64,000 bases of DNA from Minisyncoccota bacterium. GTDB taxonomy: Bacteria; Patescibacteriota; Minisyncoccia; Moranbacterales; UBA2206. Position numbers and translations under genes: made by a program. Numbering within the stretch: the first letter of the stretch is position 1; each line of letters starts with the position of its first letter. Under the pieces are notes generated by a model that saw nothing but the letters and a program-made list of their open reading frames with translations, made no database searches and had not been told where the DNA came from. Below are positions 38,531 to 51,524 of this stretch, piece after piece. The stretch lies in contig JARLIA010000005.1 of assembly GCA_031291955.1 (NCBI GenBank), positions 141,224-205,223 of the forward strand, in the 5' to 3' direction.

Positions 38531-38565
38531 TAATTAATTAATTTATTTAATTGATATAAAAAAAT

Positions 38566-39375
38566 ATGAAAATGAAAAAAAATAAGGCCTCGGTGTTGGC
38601 AGTGTCGCTCATAATTTTGGGTATCGTCTTGGTGAGCGCTCTCACTTTCTCACTGGCCACGCTTGAGCAAAGGAAGGCTTCCATCGGTTCGTCCCATTCC
38701 GACCAAGCCTATCAAAACGCCGAGTCGGGCGTGGAGGAAGCTATGAGTGTGATTTTGGAATTTCCAAGTAGTTCAGTTGGAAGCCTGGGTTATAGTTGTT
38801 CGGGTAGTGGCAGTATTGCAACTTACACATCCAGCGCTAATCACTATATAATACAGTTGAAAAAAAGCGATTCCAGTGGTGAAAGCTATATAACGGATTG
38901 TAGCACGAAAGCCAGCGAGGTGGCTGATATAAAATCTGTCGGCATGGACATTGCCAGTCAGAACACGCGGGCGATCGAGGCGGCGGTGGCAATGGGAACA
39001 TGCAGCTCGGGAATCTATCAGGGAAAAACAAGCCCTCACAACGGAGCGGCGGGTGGATACACCGGAGCCAATAATCTCTGCAGCCAAGCTTTCCCATCAA
39101 TATCAGGTATCCATGTTTGCAGTGCCAATGAAATTTTGAACAGCATTAACTGCGGAGGTAAACCCTTGGATTCTGGTTGGTATTCTGCTGGTACGTTCGG
39201 AGTTAACTCTGGTGCTAAAAATGAATTTGATGATTGTGTTGGGTGGACTTCTAGCGCTTCTAGCCCTGATTCTGGTTATGGTGCGGTGGGATTTTTCTGG
39301 AATACCAGCAAAGGAGATGGCTATCCGGATAGAGATGATTGCAATCAGACTCATTCTTTTTTATGTTGTAAATAA
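38566..39375 (+). CDS. PilX-like pilus-associated protein, Cys-rich C-terminus
   Basis: N-terminal hydrophobic anchor without a G-F site (KASVLAVSLIILGIVLVSA). Cys-rich C-terminus (CNQTHSFLCCK). Last gene of the minor pilin cluster. Confidence 0.45.
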   Translation: MKMKKNKASVLAVSLIILGIVLVSALTFSLATLEQRKASIGSSHSDQAYQNAESGVEEAMSVILEFPSSSVGSLGYSCSGSGSIATYTSSANHYIIQLKKSDSSGESYITDCSTKASEVADIKSVGMDIASQNTRAIEAAVAMGTCSSGIYQGKTSPHNGAAGGYTGANNLCSQAFPSISGIHVCSANEILNSINCGGKPLDSGWYSAGTFGVNSGAKNEFDDCVGWTSSASSPDSGYGAVGFFWNTSKGDGYPDRDDCNQTHSFLCCK

Positions 39376-39415
39376 TTGAATCGTCTTTTTCAATTCAGCT
39401 TTTGTTAATGAAATT

Positions 39416-39444
39416 AAAAAAACGGATCCAATCCGTTTTTTTAT
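39416..39444 (+). terminator. Intrinsic terminator, followed by a ligA promoter
   Basis: AACGGAT-CCA-ATCCGTT then T7. After it, TTGGAA-N16-TATAAT ends 6 nt before the ligA ATG, which suggests a leaderless transcript. Confidence 0.6.
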
Positions 39445-39475
39445 TTGGAAATTAGCGTACTTGGGGTATAATTAA

Positions 39476-41593
<2,118 letters not shown>

Positions 41594-41607
41594 AGAGATT
41601 TGGGTTA

Positions 41608-41907
41608 TTGGGGAAATTAAATTTTATGTTATCCAAAGACGAAGTAAAACATATCGCCGCTCTGGCCCGGGTCGGGTTGTCAGAAGTTGACATTGAGAAG
41701 TTTCAAAAAGACTTGTCGGGCATTTTGGATTTTGTCGAACAGCTGAAAGAGGTGGATGTTGACGGCGTCGAGCCAGCCGCCCACATCACGGGACTCACGA
41801 ATCGCACGAGAGAAGACAGGGCTGAAAATTTTGAGAACAAGGAAGGGATCGTGAAATTGTTTCCGGAGGAGAAGGACGGGTATGACAAAGTTAAGTCGGT
41901 ACTTTAA
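41608..41907 (+). CDS. gatC: Asp/Glu-tRNA amidotransferase subunit C
   Basis: VKHIAALARVGLSEVDIEKFQKDLSGILDFVEQL. 99 aa. Confidence 0.85.
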   Translation: MGKLNFMLSKDEVKHIAALARVGLSEVDIEKFQKDLSGILDFVEQLKEVDVDGVEPAAHITGLTNRTREDRAENFENKEGIVKLFPEEKDGYDKVKSVL

Positions 41908-42032
41908 ATTTCTAATTTTCAATTTCTAATTTCTAAACAATTTCCAATTTATCAATGAATAAAATTTTAATTTTAAAATTGTATCATTGAAAATTGTTTG
42001 AAAATTGAAAATTGTGAATTGAAAATTACAGT
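41905..42032. repeat. Heptamer-repeat inverted-repeat intergenic element, copy A
   Basis: Left arm AATTTCTAATTTTCAATTTCTAATTTCTAAACAATTTCCAAT. An inverted, degenerate right arm TGAAAATTGTTTGAAAATTGAAAATTG. Fills the gatC-gatA spacer. Confidence 0.7.
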
Positions 42033-43514
42033 ATGATCCGTGAGCTGCACGAAAAATTAATCAATAAAGAAACGACTTCGGTGAAACTTACGGAAGAATA
42101 TTTTGCCACGATCGAAAAGAAGGACAAAGATATTTTTGCCTATTTGACACTCACCAAAGACTTGGCGATGGAACAGGCGGCGCGAGTGGACGAGAAGATT
42201 AAAAATGGCGAAGAAATAAATTTGCTCGAGGGTATTCCTGGGGCCGTAAAAGACGTGCTTTGCACCAAAGGTGTCAGGACGACGGCCGGCTCGAAAATTC
42301 TGGACAATTACATCGCGCCCTACGACGCGACGGCGGTGGCGAAACTGAAAGAAGCCGGCGCGGTCATCTTGGGAAAAACCAATTGCGACGAGTTTGCCAT
42401 GGGCTCCAGCACCGAAAACAGCGCCTATGGTCCGACCAAAAACCCGCACGATCTATCCCGCGTCCCGGGCGGATCTTCTGGCGGTTCGGCGGCGGCCGTG
42501 GCGGCCGGCGAGGCCGTTTGGGCGCTGGGAACCGACACGGGCGGCTCAATTCGCCAGCCCGCTCACTTTTGCGGTGTGGTGGGGCTGAAGACCACTTACG
42601 GTCGGGTGTCTCGCTCGGGCCTCATGGCCATGGCTTCCAGTTTCGATTCAGTCGGAACGTTTGCCAAAACGGTGGAAGACGCGGCCATTGTGCTTTCGGC
42701 TATTTCTGGCCGCGACAAATACGATGCCACCTCCGGGGATAGTTTCGACAAAAGATTCGAGGACTATCTGACTGGGGACGTGAAAGACATGAAAATCGGT
42801 GTTGTCCAAGAATATTTTGCCAATTTGGAATTGGGCATGAAAAAGAAAATGGAAGAAGTGGTTGAGCGGTACAAAAAAATGGGCGCGGAAATCATTGATA
42901 TTGAATTGCCGTATGCCAAATACGCCCTGCCAGCCTATTATGTTATCCAGCCATGTGAAGTCAGTTCCAACTTGGCGCGCTTTGACGGCATCAAATATGG
43001 CATGCGTGCAGATGATGAGAATCGTTCGGAGTTAGGGAAGTTAGGGAGTTTGGGGCTAGAGGGATTGCCGCGGACGCTGCTGGAAGCATATCTTGATACG
43101 CGGGAATATTTCCTTGGGTCCGAACCGAAAAGGCGGATTATGCTTGGCACCTATGCTTTGAGTTCCGGCTATTATGATGCCTATTATCTTCGGGCTCAGA
43201 AAGTCCGGGCACTGATCAAAAAAGATTTTGAGAAAGCTTTCAAGAATGTCGATATGGTGCTGATGCCAACCGCGCCGACACCGGCCTTCAAATTGGGCGA
43301 GAAGACGGATGATCCACTGGAGATGTATCTATCCGATATTTTCACCATCACTGCCAACATTATTGGAGCGCCGGCCATCTCTGTTCCGTGTGGCACGCTT
43401 GAAACGGATGGTAAGGATCTGCCGGTCGGTTTCCAACTTCTGGGAAAATGGTTCGACGAGGAAAATATGCTTCGGGCGGCCGACGCCTATGAAAAATCAA
43501 ATCTCAAAATATAA
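42033..43514 (+). CDS. gatA: Glu-tRNA(Gln) amidotransferase subunit A
   Basis: Amidase signature GGSSGGSAAAVAAGEA. Carries about a 16-aa insertion (ELGKLGSLGLEGLPRT) encoded by a G-run repeat at 43025-43063. Confidence 0.9.
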   Translation: MIRELHEKLINKETTSVKLTEEYFATIEKKDKDIFAYLTLTKDLAMEQAARVDEKIKNGEEINLLEGIPGAVKDVLCTKGVRTTAGSKILDNYIAPYDATAVAKLKEAGAVILGKTNCDEFAMGSSTENSAYGPTKNPHDLSRVPGGSSGGSAAAVAAGEAVWALGTDTGGSIRQPAHFCGVVGLKTTYGRVSRSGLMAMASSFDSVGTFAKTVEDAAIVLSAISGRDKYDATSGDSFDKRFEDYLTGDVKDMKIGVVQEYFANLELGMKKKMEEVVERYKKMGAEIIDIELPYAKYALPAYYVIQPCEVSSNLARFDGIKYGMRADDENRSELGKLGSLGLEGLPRTLLEAYLDTREYFLGSEPKRRIMLGTYALSSGYYDAYYLRAQKVRALIKKDFEKAFKNVDMVLMPTAPTPAFKLGEKTDDPLEMYLSDIFTITANIIGAPAISVPCGTLETDGKDLPVGFQLLGKWFDEENMLRAADAYEKSNLKI

Positions 43515-43520
43515 AAATCA

Positions 43521-44054
43521 ATGGACATCGTCAGTATCTTAATCAGTCTTGGCCAATGGATCGTGAGTTTTTATTATTCGCCGTTTTTCGCGGTGATAAA
43601 ATTTCTTTTGGGAATCTATGCCGTGGTTCTGCTGGCCGACATTGTCCTGATGCTCATCCAGCGGGGCTTGGGCGGAGATATCCGCGACACGCTCGTGGGC
43701 ATGAACGTGCCAGCCGAACTGACCACCAAGAGAAATCGCTTGGCCAAACGCTGGAGCAAGATCAGCGAAAAGATGAAAAGCGATAGCGAGTCGGCCTGGA
43801 AAGTGGCCATCATTGAAGCGGACAACATCATTGATGACTTGATAAAGCGAATGAGGTATCCCGGTGAGAATATGAGCGAACGCCTGGCTGGCATCAATCC
43901 CGGGCAGGTTGAAAATATCGAAGAATTGAGGCATGCCCACGAAGTCCGGAACCGCATCATCCACGAAGATGATTTAAAATTGACACGGGAACTCGCTGAC
44001 GAGACGATGGCAGCTTACGAAAATTTCCTTAAATATTTCGAGGTGCTGGAATAG
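43521..44054 (+). CDS. Hypothetical membrane protein
   Basis: Two N-terminal TM helices and a charged helical C-terminal region. No recognisable domain. Confidence 0.35.
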   Translation: MDIVSILISLGQWIVSFYYSPFFAVIKFLLGIYAVVLLADIVLMLIQRGLGGDIRDTLVGMNVPAELTTKRNRLAKRWSKISEKMKSDSESAWKVAIIEADNIIDDLIKRMRYPGENMSERLAGINPGQVENIEELRHAHEVRNRIIHEDDLKLTRELADETMAAYENFLKYFEVLE

Positions 44055-44164
44055 GAGAGATATTGATAAGAAACTCAGGTTGACATTGTATTATAATTCG
44101 GTTAGGATAGTAAATAGCTTGTTAACGTAAAATCGAATGTATATTCGATGTGTTGTTATATTGC

Positions 44165-44238
44165 AGCGGGGTAGAGCAGTCTGGTAGCTCGGGTGGCTCA
44201 TAACCACCAGGTCGTGGGTTCGAATCCCACCCCCGCAA
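44165..44238 (+). tRNA. tRNA-Met (anticodon CAT), possible initiator (1:72 A-A mismatch)
   Basis: AGCGGGGTAGAGCAGTCTGGTAGCTCGGGTGGCTCATAACCACC...GTGGGTTCGAATCCCACCCCCGCA. Position 1 and position 72 do not pair. No CCA encoded. Confidence 0.7.
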
Positions 44239-44252
44239 CATAGTTTATTTTT

Positions 44253-44326
44253 GCCAGGGTAGCTCAGCTGGCTAGAGCGCAGCACTCATAACGCTGAGGT
44301 CGAGAGTTCGAGTCTCTCCCCTGGTA
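44253..44326 (+). tRNA. tRNA with CAT anticodon (elongator Met or lysidine-modified Ile2)
   Basis: GCCAGGGTAGCTCAGCTGGCTAGAGCGCAGCACTCATAACGCTGAGGTCGAGAGTTCGAGTCTCTCCCCTGGTA. G1-U72 wobble. No CCA encoded. Confidence 0.7.
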
Positions 44327-44330
44327 CGCG

Positions 44331-44452
44331 AATGAAATTTTCAATTATCAATTTACAATTTTCAATGAACGCATAATTTCTTAATTTTTAATTTTGAAAT
44401 TAAATTATTAAAAATTGTTTAAAAATTAAAAATTGGAAATTCGAAATTTAAT
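44331..44452. repeat. Heptamer-repeat inverted-repeat element, copy B
   Basis: GAAATTTTCAATTATCAATTTACAATTTTCAATG ... AAAATTGTTTAAAAATTAAAAATTGGAAATTCGAAATTTA. The reverse complement of the right arm matches the canonical left arm. Lies between two tRNA genes. Confidence 0.65.
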
Positions 44453-44455
44453 CAT

Positions 44456-44532
44456 GGGGGCGTAGCTCAGTTGGTTAGAGCGACTGCCTGTCACGCAGTA
44501 GGTCGCCGGTTCGAGTCCGGTCGTCCCCGCCA
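44456..44532 (+). tRNA. tRNA-Asp (anticodon GTC), CCA encoded
   Basis: GGGGGCGTAGCTCAGTTGGTTAGAGCGACTGCCTGTCACGCAGTAGGTCGCCGGTTCGAGTCCGGTCGTCCCCGCCA. Followed by an AACCC-TTCAGT-GGGTT hairpin and a T-run (terminator at about 44534-44562). Confidence 0.8.
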
Positions 44533-44631
44533 GATAACCCTTCAGTGGGTTATTTTTTTGTGGCCGCTCGCTTGCCAGTCGCAAAATTTAAAAGCTATTG
44601 ACTTTTTTGCGATCTTGCCGGAAAATAGATA

Positions 44632-44976
44632 GTGGTTGCATGTAAGACACAATTTATGGAAGATAAAAATCCCGTCCGGGAAAAAAGCGGCAAAGAGGAG
44701 GGCGGGGAAACGAGAGCGCCATGGTGGCAGCCTGGTTTGGTACTTTTCACGAAACTTTCCGGCTGGATCGCCGTCCCGGTGGTGATTGCGGTTTTTCTGG
44801 GGGGGTGGCTCGACAAAAAGTTCGGCACGGCTCCTTGGTTGTTCCTGGCGACCGTCGGCGCGGCTTTTTTTCTGTCTATGTTTGGAATCGTGAGGGATGC
44901 AATGCAAGAGATGAAGAGGATTGAGAAAGAAACGGAAAACAAAAAATCAAAAGCTCAAAGACGAAATGTCAAATAA
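44632..44976 (+). CDS. AtpZ/AtpI-like small membrane protein preceding the atp operon
   Basis: Two TM helices (WIAVPVVIAVFLGGWLD, WLFLATVGAAFFLSMFGI) and its position immediately upstream of atpB. The likely start is ATG 44656. Confidence 0.5.
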   Translation: MVACKTQFMEDKNPVREKSGKEEGGETRAPWWQPGLVLFTKLSGWIAVPVVIAVFLGGWLDKKFGTAPWLFLATVGAAFFLSMFGIVRDAMQEMKRIEKETENKKSKAQRRNVK

Positions 44977-45048
44977 AATCAAAAGTCCAAATGACAAATA
45001 TTTTGAACTTTGATCTTTGAGCTTGATTTGAAATTTGGTCTTTGAATT

Positions 45049-45897
45049 TTGAAATTTATGTCAGCAATTACCGCCCAACCAAATACTCAAACTCAGGAGA
45101 CCCAGTCGCCTTTGTATGCCGAGCCGATCGCCAAAGCCGGCAACTTTACCATCACCAACTCTCTCCTTTCCAGCTGGCTGGCCGTGGCGATTCTGGTCAT
45201 TTTTTTTGTCGTCATCGGGCGGAAGGTGAAAAAGATTCCCGGCACACTCCAAAGTATTTTTGAGATTATCCTGGAAGAAGCTCTCAAGTTGGCCGACGGC
45301 GTGACTGGTAGCCGCAAAAAATCGGAGAAATTTCTGCCGGTCACCCTGGCTATTTTTTTGTTTGTTCTGGTCAACAATTGGCTGGGTCTGCTGCCAGGAT
45401 ATGGCAGCATCGGTTTTTTCCAGCATGAGGGTGGTCAATCGGCTTTTGTGCCGCTTCTCCGGGGCGGAGCGGCCGATCTCAACTTTACTCTGGCTTTAGG
45501 AATTTTTTCCGTAGTCATTTCCAATGTTTTGGGCATCATCATGGTTGGCACCTGGGAACATTTCAATAAGTTTGTCAACATGAAAGCGTTCCTTTCCATT
45601 CCGAGACAGATGAAAGAGGATATGTCGGTGCTCTTGGTCAATCCCATTAAAGCTTTCGTGGGACTGGTCGAGATCATCGGAGAAATCGCCAAAGTGGCTT
45701 CGCTGTCCTTCCGGTTGTTCGGCAACGTTTTCGCCGGCGAAGTGCTCCTGGCTTCGATGGCCGCCCTTTTCGCCTATTTCCTGCCGCTACCGTTCATGTT
45801 TTTGGAAATTGTCGTGGGGGTGATCCAGGCGCTCATTTTTGCCGTCCTGACGCTGGTTTATATGACCATCGCCACCCAAAACCACTCGGAACACTAA
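45049..45897 (+). CDS. atpB: F-type ATP synthase subunit a
   Basis: Conserved LSFRLFGNVFAGEVLL with the essential Arg. Confidence 0.9.
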   Translation: MKFMSAITAQPNTQTQETQSPLYAEPIAKAGNFTITNSLLSSWLAVAILVIFFVVIGRKVKKIPGTLQSIFEIILEEALKLADGVTGSRKKSEKFLPVTLAIFLFVLVNNWLGLLPGYGSIGFFQHEGGQSAFVPLLRGGAADLNFTLALGIFSVVISNVLGIIMVGTWEHFNKFVNMKAFLSIPRQMKEDMSVLLVNPIKAFVGLVEIIGEIAKVASLSFRLFGNVFAGEVLLASMAALFAYFLPLPFMFLEIVVGVIQALIFAVLTLVYMTIATQNHSEH

Positions 45898-45965
45898 AGG
45901 TAATTTTGATAATTAATTTAATTTAACTGCCAAGACGACGTTAAAAATCACACACCGTCGATTAA

Positions 45966-46193
<228 letters not shown>

Positions 46194-46234
46194 TATTTTT
46201 ATCCAGCTCCTCCGGATTTCAGGGAGCTGGAATA

Positions 46235-46393
46235 AGAATATTATTGAAATTTTCAATTTTCAATTTACAATTTTTCTGGCTACGCCAGATCTCGCGAAGC
46301 GAGACAAACAATTTCCAATGATTCAATTTTCAATTTAGAAATTTAGTCATTAGGGAATTGTTTAGAAATTAGAAATTGAAAATTAGAAATTAC
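46235..46393. repeat. Heptamer-repeat inverted-repeat element, copy C (with GC-rich hairpin inserts)
   Basis: ATTGAAATTTTCAATTTTCAATTTACAATTTTTC ... GAATTGTTTAGAAATTAGAAATTGAAAATTAGAAATTAC. Internal hairpins CTGGC-TAC-GCCAG and TCTCGC-GAA-GCGAGA. Preceded by a CCAGCTCC...GGAGCTGG hairpin after atpE. Confidence 0.65.
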
Positions 46394-46888
46394 TTTTCTA
46401 TGGGACAACTAATCTCCACATTTCACATCGAACTAAGCCAGTTGATCGCCCAGTTGGTTAATTTTGGCATTGTTCTTCTGGTGCTCTATCGCTTTGCCTA
46501 CCGGCCGGTGTTGAAAACTCTGAATGAGCGGACCAGAAAAATTGAAAAAGGAATAAAGGACGCCGAAGACGCCAAGAAAAAAATGGTCGAAATCGCCGAA
46601 GAGGAAAAAGCGGTTTTGGTGGCGGCCCGGAAAGAGGCGCAGGCCATCATCACCCAAGCCGAAAAGACGGCCGAAAAGGACGCTGAACTGATTGTCATCG
46701 CTGCGAAAGACCAGACGGAAAAACTTCTGGCCGACGCCCAAAAAGCCATCAAGCAAGAGAAAGAAAAAATGATCAGTGAAATCCGGGCGGACATCGCGGA
46801 GTTGGTGGTGGCGGCGACGGGGAAGATTATTTCGGAAAAAATGGATATATCAAAAGACAAGGAGTTGATTGAGTCCGCGTTGAAATAA
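46376..46888 (+). CDS. atpF: F-type ATP synthase subunit b
   Basis: Single TM then a long charged coiled coil. The likely start is ATG 46402 (MGQLIST); the six-frame ORF start lies inside the repeat element. Confidence 0.8.
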   Translation: MKIRNYFSMGQLISTFHIELSQLIAQLVNFGIVLLVLYRFAYRPVLKTLNERTRKIEKGIKDAEDAKKKMVEIAEEEKAVLVAARKEAQAIITQAEKTAEKDAELIVIAAKDQTEKLLADAQKAIKQEKEKMISEIRADIAELVVAATGKIISEKMDISKDKELIESALK

Positions 46889-46923
46889 GAAACTTAGGAA
46901 GCTTAAGAAACTTAGAAAAAAGC

Positions 46924-47325
46924 ATGAAGGTCACCCCGACACAATACGCCGACGCGCTATACGAAGCGACCAAAGACAAATCTCAGGAAGAGGTTGGTGG
47001 TTTTGCAGCTAACCTGGCTAAAGTTTTGGCGCATAACAACCAGCTGAGATTAAAAGACAAGATAATCGCTAAATTTTCCGAAATATACAACCGTGAAAAT
47101 TCCATCGTGGAAGCGGAAGTGATCAGTCGGGAAAAATTGGATGAAGAAGTACGTACCAAAGTACGTACTTCGTTAATGATTAAATACGGCGCCAAAGAAG
47201 TGATTTTGAATAATATTATTGACCCGAATATCAAAGGCGGAATTATTATAAAAGTCGGGGATGATGTGATGGACGGGACGGTTGATCGGCAATTGGCGGA
47301 GTTGAAAAGCTGTCTGAACCACTGA
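46924..47325 (+). CDS. atpH: F-type ATP synthase subunit delta (OSCP), short form
   Basis: OSCP-like helices. 133 aa. Contains a GAAGTACGTAC-CAAA-GTACGTACTTC palindrome at 47148-47174. Its last codons overlap the 23 nt atp repeat. Confidence 0.7.
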   Translation: MKVTPTQYADALYEATKDKSQEEVGGFAANLAKVLAHNNQLRLKDKIIAKFSEIYNRENSIVEAEVISREKLDEEVRTKVRTSLMIKYGAKEVILNNIIDPNIKGGIIIKVGDDVMDGTVDRQLAELKSCLNH

Positions 47326-47334
47326 TTAACACAT
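47312..47334 (+). repeat. 23 nt exact repeat GTCTGAACCACTGATTAACACAT, copy 1
   Basis: Identical to 49885-49907. Overlaps the atpH stop codon, 36 nt upstream of the atpA start. Confidence 0.8.
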
Positions 47335-47369
47335 ATTCATTTAAAATTTTAAATTTCAAATTAAAAATT

Positions 47370-48878
47370 ATGAACAAGGATTACATCATCGAACAACTCA
47401 AAAAACAAATCGAAGGTTTTGAGGTGGCGGCCAAGACCGAGAAAGTTGGGACGGTTTCCGAGATCGGGGATGGCGTGGCGCGGATCACGGGACTCGGCGA
47501 CGCCATGGCTTCGGAAATGTTGGAATTTGAAAACGGGGCCGTGGGCGTGGCGTTGAACTTGGAAGAAGACCGGGTGGGCGCCATGGTGCTCGGAGAATAC
47601 ACCGACATCAAAGAAGGCGACCAAGTGAAATCGACCGGCCAGATTTTGTCCGTGCCTGTTGGAGAAAATTTCATTGGAAGAGTGATTAATCCACTGGGGA
47701 AACCTTTGGATGGCAAAGGCGATATCAAGAGCGAAAAATCATATCCGATTGAAAAGATTGCGCCGGGTGTCATCACTCGCCAGAAAGTGAACCAGCCGGT
47801 CCAGACTGGCATCAAAGCCATTGACGCCATGATTCCGATCGGTCGCGGCCAGCGCGAACTCATCATTGGCGACCGGCAAACCGGGAAGACGGCCGTGGCT
47901 ATCGACACGATCATCAACCAGAAAGGTCAAGATATGATCTGTATCTATGTCGCCATCGGCCAGAAGGAATCGAAAGTGGCCAGGATTGTCTCTGAACTCG
48001 AAAAGCACGGCGCCATGGAATATACGACCGTTGTTTTGGCCGGCGCGGCCGATCCGGCGCCGCTGTCGTTCATTGCGCCGTATGCCGGTTGCGCGCTCGG
48101 AGAATATTTTATGGACAAAGGCCAGGATGTTCTCATCGTTTATGATGATTTGTCCCGTCACGCCTGGAGCTATCGCCAAGTGTCGCTCATCTTGCGTCGT
48201 CCGCCGGGTCGCGAAGCTTATCCGGGCGACATTTTCTATCTTCATTCAAGACTTCTCGAGCGGAGCGCGAAGCTCTCAAAAGATTTCGGCGGCGGATCAA
48301 TCACCGCTCTTCCTATTATTGAAACGCAAGCCGGCGACGTTTCAGCTTACATTCCGACCAACGTCATTTCGATTACCGACGGCCAGATCTATCTGGAAGC
48401 GGATTTATTCTACAAAGGCGTGCGGCCGGCTTTGAACGTCGGCATTTCTGTCTCGCGCGTCGGCTCGGATGCTCAGACTAAAGCTATGAAAAAAGTGGCC
48501 GGCAAGCTCAAGCTGGATATGGCCCAGTTCCGGGAATTGGAAGCTTTTGCCCAATTCGGCTCAGACTTGGACGAAAAGACCAAGACGACTATAGAGCGCG
48601 GCAAACGGACGGTGGAAGTTTTGAAACAGGGACAGTATGAACCGATGGCGATGGAAAACGAAGTGGCCATCATCTATGCCGCTACCAACGGATTCTTGGA
48701 TGACGTCGCAGTGGAAAAAGTCGGCGCCTGGGAGCGTGATTTTCAAAAATATCTGAACAGTTCGGCCAAAGCCGTTTTAGATCTGATCCGGGAAAAGAAA
48801 GAATTGTCTAAAGAAGTTGTTTTGAAATTGGAAAAAGCGATTAAGGAATTTAAGGAAGTTTATCAGAACGGAAACTAA
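47370..48878 (+). CDS. atpA: F-type ATP synthase subunit alpha
   Basis: Walker [10 protein letters not shown]. 502 aa with full-length alpha architecture. Confidence 0.95.
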   Translation: MNKDYIIEQLKKQIEGFEVAAKTEKVGTVSEIGDGVARITGLGDAMASEMLEFENGAVGVALNLEEDRVGAMVLGEYTDIKEGDQVKSTGQILSVPVGENFIGRVINPLGKPLDGKGDIKSEKSYPIEKIAPGVITRQKVNQPVQTGIKAIDAMIPIGRGQRELIIGDRQTGKTAVAIDTIINQKGQDMICIYVAIGQKESKVARIVSELEKHGAMEYTTVVLAGAADPAPLSFIAPYAGCALGEYFMDKGQDVLIVYDDLSRHAWSYRQVSLILRRPPGREAYPGDIFYLHSRLLERSAKLSKDFGGGSITALPIIETQAGDVSAYIPTNVISITDGQIYLEADLFYKGVRPALNVGISVSRVGSDAQTKAMKKVAGKLKLDMAQFRELEAFAQFGSDLDEKTKTTIERGKRTVEVLKQGQYEPMAMENEVAIIYAATNGFLDDVAVEKVGAWERDFQKYLNSSAKAVLDLIREKKELSKEVVLKLEKAIKEFKEVYQNGN

Positions 48879-48910
48879 GAATCGCAATGATTATTGATAA
48901 TTGATATCTT

Positions 48911-49885
48911 ATGGCTAACAATACCCGAGAAATTAGACGTCGCATAAAATCCATCAACAGTACGCGAAAAATTACGCGTGCGATGGAGATGGTTTCGGCC
49001 GCCAAAATGAGGCGCGCGGTGGCGGCAGTATTGGCCATTCGGCCTTACGCCCACAGTGCTTGGAGCGTCCTGACCAATCTTGCCCGGGCTTTCGAGCAGT
49101 ACGGCGGACACGGTATGCTGGAAGTGCGAGAAGTCAAAAGTATCCTGATGATTGTGGTTTCCAGCAACCGAGGTCTTTGCGGCGCTTTCAACACTAACAT
49201 TGCCCGAAAGATCAGATATGAGTTGGATCATCCCGAGCGGCTCAAGATGAACCGGATCGGCAACAAAAAGATCGAATCGACAGTCAAGGATGGCGAGCTG
49301 AAAGTGGACTACATTACTATCGGCCGGAAAGCGGCCGAGATAATCGCCCGGGTGGACGGAAGCGACGCGCATGTCATCGCGAGTTTTGCCCATCTGACCT
49401 ATCAGCCGAAAGCCGAAGAAGTGCGGCCGCTGGCCAAATTGGTGATGGACGAATATCTCAAGAAAAATTATGACAAAGTGGTGATTGTTTATACCGATTA
49501 TGTTTCCGCCATCAACCAACAAACCAAAATTCGCCAAGTGCTGCCGATTTCCAAAGTGGATATCGAAAAGCAGATCGCCGAAATCGACCAACACGCCAAA
49601 GAATATGGACTCGTTGGACCGAAAGTAGAATACAAGATCGAACCGAGCCCGCGGGAAGTTTTGGAATTCATTTTTCCGCGCCTCATTGAAATGCAGATTT
49701 TCCACGCTATCGAAGAGTCGAATGCCTCCAAAGAATCGGCCCGCATGATCGCCATGCAAAACGCCACCGACGCGGCCGGCGACATGGCCCACAGTTTCAC
49801 CCTGGCCTACAACCAGATCAGGCAACAGAAGATCACTCAGGAGATCGCGGAAATTTCGGCGGGCGCGGCGGCGATCGAAAGTTAG
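48911..49885 (+). CDS. atpG: F-type ATP synthase subunit gamma
   Basis: N-terminal IRRRIKSINSTRKITRAMEMVSAAKMRRA and the C-terminal helix. Confidence 0.9.
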   Translation: MANNTREIRRRIKSINSTRKITRAMEMVSAAKMRRAVAAVLAIRPYAHSAWSVLTNLARAFEQYGGHGMLEVREVKSILMIVVSSNRGLCGAFNTNIARKIRYELDHPERLKMNRIGNKKIESTVKDGELKVDYITIGRKAAEIIARVDGSDAHVIASFAHLTYQPKAEEVRPLAKLVMDEYLKKNYDKVVIVYTDYVSAINQQTKIRQVLPISKVDIEKQIAEIDQHAKEYGLVGPKVEYKIEPSPREVLEFIFPRLIEMQIFHAIEESNASKESARMIAMQNATDAAGDMAHSFTLAYNQIRQQKITQEIAEISAGAAAIES

Positions 49886-49907
49886 TCTGAACCACTGATT
49901 AACACAT
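49885..49907 (+). repeat. 23 nt exact repeat GTCTGAACCACTGATTAACACAT, copy 2
   Basis: Begins at the G of the atpG stop codon. 66 nt upstream of the atpD start. Confidence 0.8.
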
Positions 49908-49963
49908 GAGGGCACGTGATTTCACTGAAATTTAACTGAAGTAAGTAAATTATTTTAAACTAG

Positions 49964-51379
<1,416 letters not shown>

Positions 51380-51395
51380 TAATTGCTTAACTTCG

Positions 51396-51524
51396 GAATT
51401 TCTAATTTTCAATTTCTAATTTCTAAACAATTTCCAATGTTTCAATGACTAAATTTTTTAACGTTTGATAAATTAAAAAATTATTGAATTGTTTGAAAAT
51501 TGAAAATTGAAAATTGAAAATTGG
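51396..51524. repeat. Heptamer-repeat inverted-repeat element, copy D
   Basis: GAATTTCTAATTTTCAATTTCTAATTTCTAAACAATTTCCAATGTTTCAATGACTAAATTTTTT ... TTGAATTGTTTGAAAATTGAAAATTGAAAATTGAAAATTGG. Fills the atpD-atpC spacer. Confidence 0.7.

Noticed and set aside
48875-49915. 346-aa minus-strand ORF
   Set aside because: Antisense to atpG. Shadow ORF.
51441-51456. Mini-ORF ATG TTT CAA TGA (MFQ*) inside repeat copies D and E
   Set aside because: Present only in some copies (ATG absent in copy A). Too short and not conserved, so likely coincidental.
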